50,550 nt of DNA from positions 1 through 50,550 of the forward strand of contig JAQGDQ010000857.1 in NCBI GenBank assembly GCA_030141605.1, given 5' to 3'. The stretch comes from Tubiluchus corallicola. Its lineage: Eukaryota; Animalia; Priapulida. The notes under the pieces are model-generated. The model had not been told where the DNA came from. It saw only the letters and a program-made list of their open reading frames with translations, and searched no databases. The number at the start of each line of letters is the position of its first letter. Position 1 is the stretch's first letter. Shown here piece after piece: positions 46,661 through 50,550 of the stretch. Position numbers and translations under genes: made by a program.

Positions 46661-47336
46661 AATATATGGTGTTCATGGTAATGTAAAAAAGTTCTATCAT
46701 TGTGAAGTTTGAATGGTATGGTAAACCAAAATTTTCAAAGTAAATTTACATTACAAATTGTGGTAAATGATGTACACCATGCAAATCAACATATTTTCCA
46801 TCATTTTATAAAAAGATGAAAGTGTAAACGTAATGAATTATTTCAGCTGTACTTTTATGCTAAAGTTGAATTTTCTAAATTTTACGAATAACATGCTTAA
46901 ATTAATCTATAGTATATGCCTTAATGCACCAAAATTTAACGCTTTGACATAAATTTACTCAATTTTTTATGGTTTAGGGTCACTTTTGTAACTTAAATAT
47001 GTATGTTGATGGGTAATATTTGGCTAGCACTATAGCAGAGGTTAGTAGGTAAGTTCGTTTTAAAATGGAAAGCAGTTGATTGGTGCTTTATATGATAGTA
47101 ACAGACGTTAAGAAGCAATCAATCGGATATTGGCACTCATCCGAGAGATTTTCATCAATTATTCAACCTCATCGCTTGACTTATTACCTGGCAAACACAC
47201 CTGAGCACCTGTGTTGCATTTCCAGTCACATATTAATCAATGATTCTATTCGATTCCAAATTTCAAATCATGAACTTATTACCGGCACACTGTTTGAACA
47301 AATGTAGCAGTAATGTAACTTTGTACATAGTGAGCA

Positions 47337-47620
47337 ATAATAATAATCTTTTTATTTATCTTGTAACACACGCACAGTTATAATACAATTAATTTGGAAA
47401 CAAAAATGTGAAGAAAGGGTAGCAAAAAACCAATTGGTCATCTAGTCACCTGCCCTCTGGTTAGAGTTTTTTTTCTCCTCATCTCCTAAGTAATTGTTGC
47501 TCTTTCTTATACTTACTTTTTCTCTTAAATTTTTCTATATTACACTTTTTTTGATACTTATTTTATCTCTCCATACTCTCAGTTTTTTAACTTTACTCAC
47601 TAACCTTGGTCAAATTCCCC
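47337..47620 (-). mobile_element. CR1-group LINE 3' remnant
   Basis: On -: agggcaggtgactagatgacc-aatt-ggttttttgctaccct (47456-47416), then aataaa and an (att)n tail. Confidence 0.65.
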
Positions 47621-47639
47621 TGTCAATAAGACCCCTATT

Positions 47640-47966
47640 TGAAAATATATATAATAATCATAATTACTGATTAATTGTATTGTTTTGTTTAGATTTAGGT
47701 ATCATCTAACTCTATTATTTTTTGTTTTCACTTATACTGTTTTCATTTATACTGTTTTTTATTATTATTTTTTCTTATTTGTTTTTGTTATCTGCAGCCT
47801 CACCATTTATTTTTAATATACTAATTTAATTATAAGACAGGGCAGGAGACGAGATGACCCTATGGTCCTTCCCTGCCCTGCTCCACGATTATAATTACGT
47901 AATATTTAACAAACTCTTTATGTCAAACAAATTGGAGAAAATAAATGTTCTATGTCTATGTCTATG
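47640..47966 (+). mobile_element. CR1-group LINE 3' remnant
   Basis: Hairpin cagggcaggagacgagatgacc-ctat-ggtccttccctgccctg (47838-47880), then aataaa and a (tctatg)3 tail. The 5' boundary is approximate. Confidence 0.7.
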
Positions 47967-48542
47967 CGTATGATGACCATTTTTATAGGCGCTATGCTAC
48001 AACTTACAAACACAATTTCAATTCACTTACAAAAGCAAATTACACTTACATTTCTATACTGAAGCCAACAGCTTCTACTGTTTATCATCCCAGGAAAACA
48101 TGGAAACGTGTGGGCTTCTTTTGCCCCACAATCGCACACAGTAGCAACTGATGAAACAAATTTAGAAACCTCTTCATTTTGGGAACAATCCAGCCTATGT
48201 TCGTAGAACCTATCCACTTCACAGAAATTCGCCAGCCGAAAAGCTGTAGTTGAACTCTTAAAACGACGTTGGAATTTCGTTGTGCGGCTAATTTAATTTT
48301 CCAAAAAACTTCTTGTGATTTTAAAAAAATTTAGCGGTGATATGTCTAATGAATTAACTGAACACCCATTGAGTAAAAAAGCATCTATAATCTGGTTGGA
48401 GAATGGATAGATTCCTGTACAACAAACAATTTAATATCAGAAAACTTGAAAAATGAAAGATTTCTTGCAAATTGAGTGACCTAATCTGTCTGCTGCACAG
48501 AGTTGCTAGAATATTTTACAACTTCCACAAGCAATTCTGTTC

Positions 48543-48939
48543 AATAAGCCTTTCACACTTCCAGCGATTGATGATGATCGTGAAAAAGGCAAAGGTTACG
48601 TGTACAACATAACACATTTGTGCACACTTGAAAATGTCTCGCAGTCCATGCTGTTGTAATAGTAACAGTTTAAACAACTAGCTAGAATCTTACCTAGTTC
48701 GTTTTTTTCTTATTCTCAAGCAAGATCCTGCTAGTAAATCACTCTACACACAGACTAATGCATAATTAAGTAAAGTCCAGGTAAAACAAGCGAAGTTACT
48801 AAACTGATACGGCAGATGGCTTTGCATTACCCACATGTCACATGACGGTTGTACTTAAAAGACGCGTTGTTATGGTATGCTTAACCTTTGACCTACAGCA
48901 GCTGCGTGTTCGCACAACGAAACTGTGAAAAGGTTTATT
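48543..48939 (-). mobile_element. Family A element, copy 4 (inverted)
   Basis: aataagcctttcacac ... cgcacaacgaaactgtgaaaaggtttatt. Confidence 0.85.
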
Positions 48940-49149
48940 CACATGGCGCCCCCAAGTTTTGCATACACTAAATATGAAAGACAAAATAAAATGTTAAACA
49001 TAAATCTCCCTAACGGAAACACTGTAGAACCTGAAAATCTTAATCTCGGTTACTTTCGTTGCACAAATGTTGTAATTAATCTGCACCTCATTAATTTTGC
49101 TAATGAATCACTTATATTCTTATAATTTGCCCCTCCCCCTCCCTCCCCA

Positions 49150-49687
49150 TAGCCCATCTTTAATGGTTATGATGGCTACATTACTACCATCAATTACATT
49201 TAAATGTTCTATACAATTATAGTTATTACTACAAGTATAATGTATAATTTAATCTCTTCTCCCCCACTTAAATTTGGGTACATATGTGTGCATATGTACA
49301 TCATTGTATATACAAGTAAGTGGTGCATTGACAGATAATCACATAATTTAATTCCTAACTATTTAAAAAATGTTTCACTCTTTAAGGCTCACTCAAAGTC
49401 GTAATTACATATTATGTTTTCCTTTCTCAACTTTCAGGTTTATTGCTCTTATACCATTGCTATTATTACATCATTTACTTCATCCTTATTTACATTAAGT
49501 TATCTACAGCAGCATGCATAACTATAATCATTTTTTCATTAAGTAAGTAAGGTGAGTGTGTTAATGACCGTATGGTCGTACACTCACCTCGCACTACTCA
49601 AATTATTTTATTTAAAGTTTATTAATCTCTAATGTGTTTGATATTGTGTTTTTTGATGAGTGAAATAAAATTCATAGTTCATAGTTC
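49150..49687 (+). mobile_element. CR1-group LINE 3' remnant
   Basis: Hairpin aggtgagtgtgttaatgacc-gtat-ggtcgtacactcacct (49550-49589), then aataaa and a (ttcatag)n tail. The 5' boundary is approximate. Confidence 0.6.
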
Positions 49688-50550
49688 TGGAACAATTGTT
49701 TCACAGCCAAATTTACAAAACACGAGTGTAGCCTATAACAGCAAAACTAGCTGGACAGTATACACTACTCAGCCATTACTCTATTTGTATAATTCCTAAC
49801 ATTGAACCATTGAAAACCAAAGTTGAACATCTGCCAGGACGTCTGGCCTTTGTGGTTATCAGTAATTTAAAGCCATAGCTCTACCATCTATTAAATATCA
49901 TTCCTAATTCATTCACTAACCACTTACAAAGGTCTTTGTTTGGGGATGCTAGTACACAACTACTGGAATTGCATAAGCAGACACAGCAGCACACTGCCCT
50001 GCACACATACACGCATCTGATACCACAGTATGACACATTTATACAGTACACAATGTAGTGTACATGGCACATATTCGAACAGCTGAGTGGGCACGATATC
50101 AGCACTATTAAGATGGAGGTGAATCTAAGCACATATTTTCAGTTTGTTAAAGCAGAATTAGGCTGACGAAAAATACTTCTGTTTCCGTCTAATCGCCTGG
50201 ATAATATTTTTTATCGCGCACGCGGCTGAGAATTCTACAAATTTTTCTGTATGTTCATATGCTTGCTTGATGCAGTCATATAAAAGCAAATTTTTTTAAA
50301 TTTAATATGCAAAATGCAATAATTATTATAACGTCGTTCTTTCGGGGAATGCAAGATGCGCAAGATTTTTTCACGGCTAACTCTCAGCCAGTGTTGCCGT
50401 TTTGTATGATGCTCATTGCATTGGAGGTTAAAAATTTCCCCCCAAATTAGTGTATTATCAGCCAAATAGTGTTGCCGCTTATACCATAATTATCAAAACA
50501 TACAATTTCATGATACAAAAAAGAGAGTCTATACAATAATCGATGATTAT

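Noticed and set aside
35378-49589. The ATGA-containing hairpins as SECIS elements
   Set aside because: They lack the apical AA and GA-quartet geometry, no selenoprotein ORF is nearby, and the tails fit LINE 3' ends better.
49928-49998. Possible - strand exon (gtgcAG ... GTAAGT), within a Cys-rich 83-aa ORF
   Set aside because: There is no recognisable protein motif or partner exon in the window, and TG-rich low complexity explains the cysteines.

Overview
AT-rich (my estimate ~35% GC) animal genomic DNA, most likely from an invertebrate, with GT-AG introns; it is not prokaryotic. I assembled spliced genes by hand from splice signals and reading phase. (1) The 3' half of a Spinster/SPNS-family MFS transporter lies on + (exons 275-3410, with at least two candidate terminal exons at 6377 and 7748). 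(2) A two-exon, ~235-aa mucin-like type-I membrane protein gene lies on + (10450-13343); I do not recognise its family. (3) A complete VMP1/TMEM49 gene lies on - (11 coding exons, 32681-17761, 435 aa). (4) A tandem cluster of single-exon class-A GPCRs lies on + (35.6-44.5 kb): three intact, two disrupted, three fragments, and the copies are mosaics of each other. Introns and spacers are packed with non-autonomous DNA transposons (hAT with 8-bp TSDs, Tc1/pogo with TA, TTAA-type, and two unclassified multi-copy families), CR1-group LINE 3' ends and more than a dozen unrelated minisatellites. Most short ORFs in the supplied track are artefacts of these repeats. The most unusual signals are in VMP1. 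A 77-bp array is built from an exon 3' end, its splice donor and a transposon terminus, giving six donors in series, with the two nearest decoys weakened at +5. A duplicated acceptor plus half-exon ends in a stop codon. Several satellites visibly arose from MITE ends or interiors. I found no CRISPR, rRNA or tRNA.
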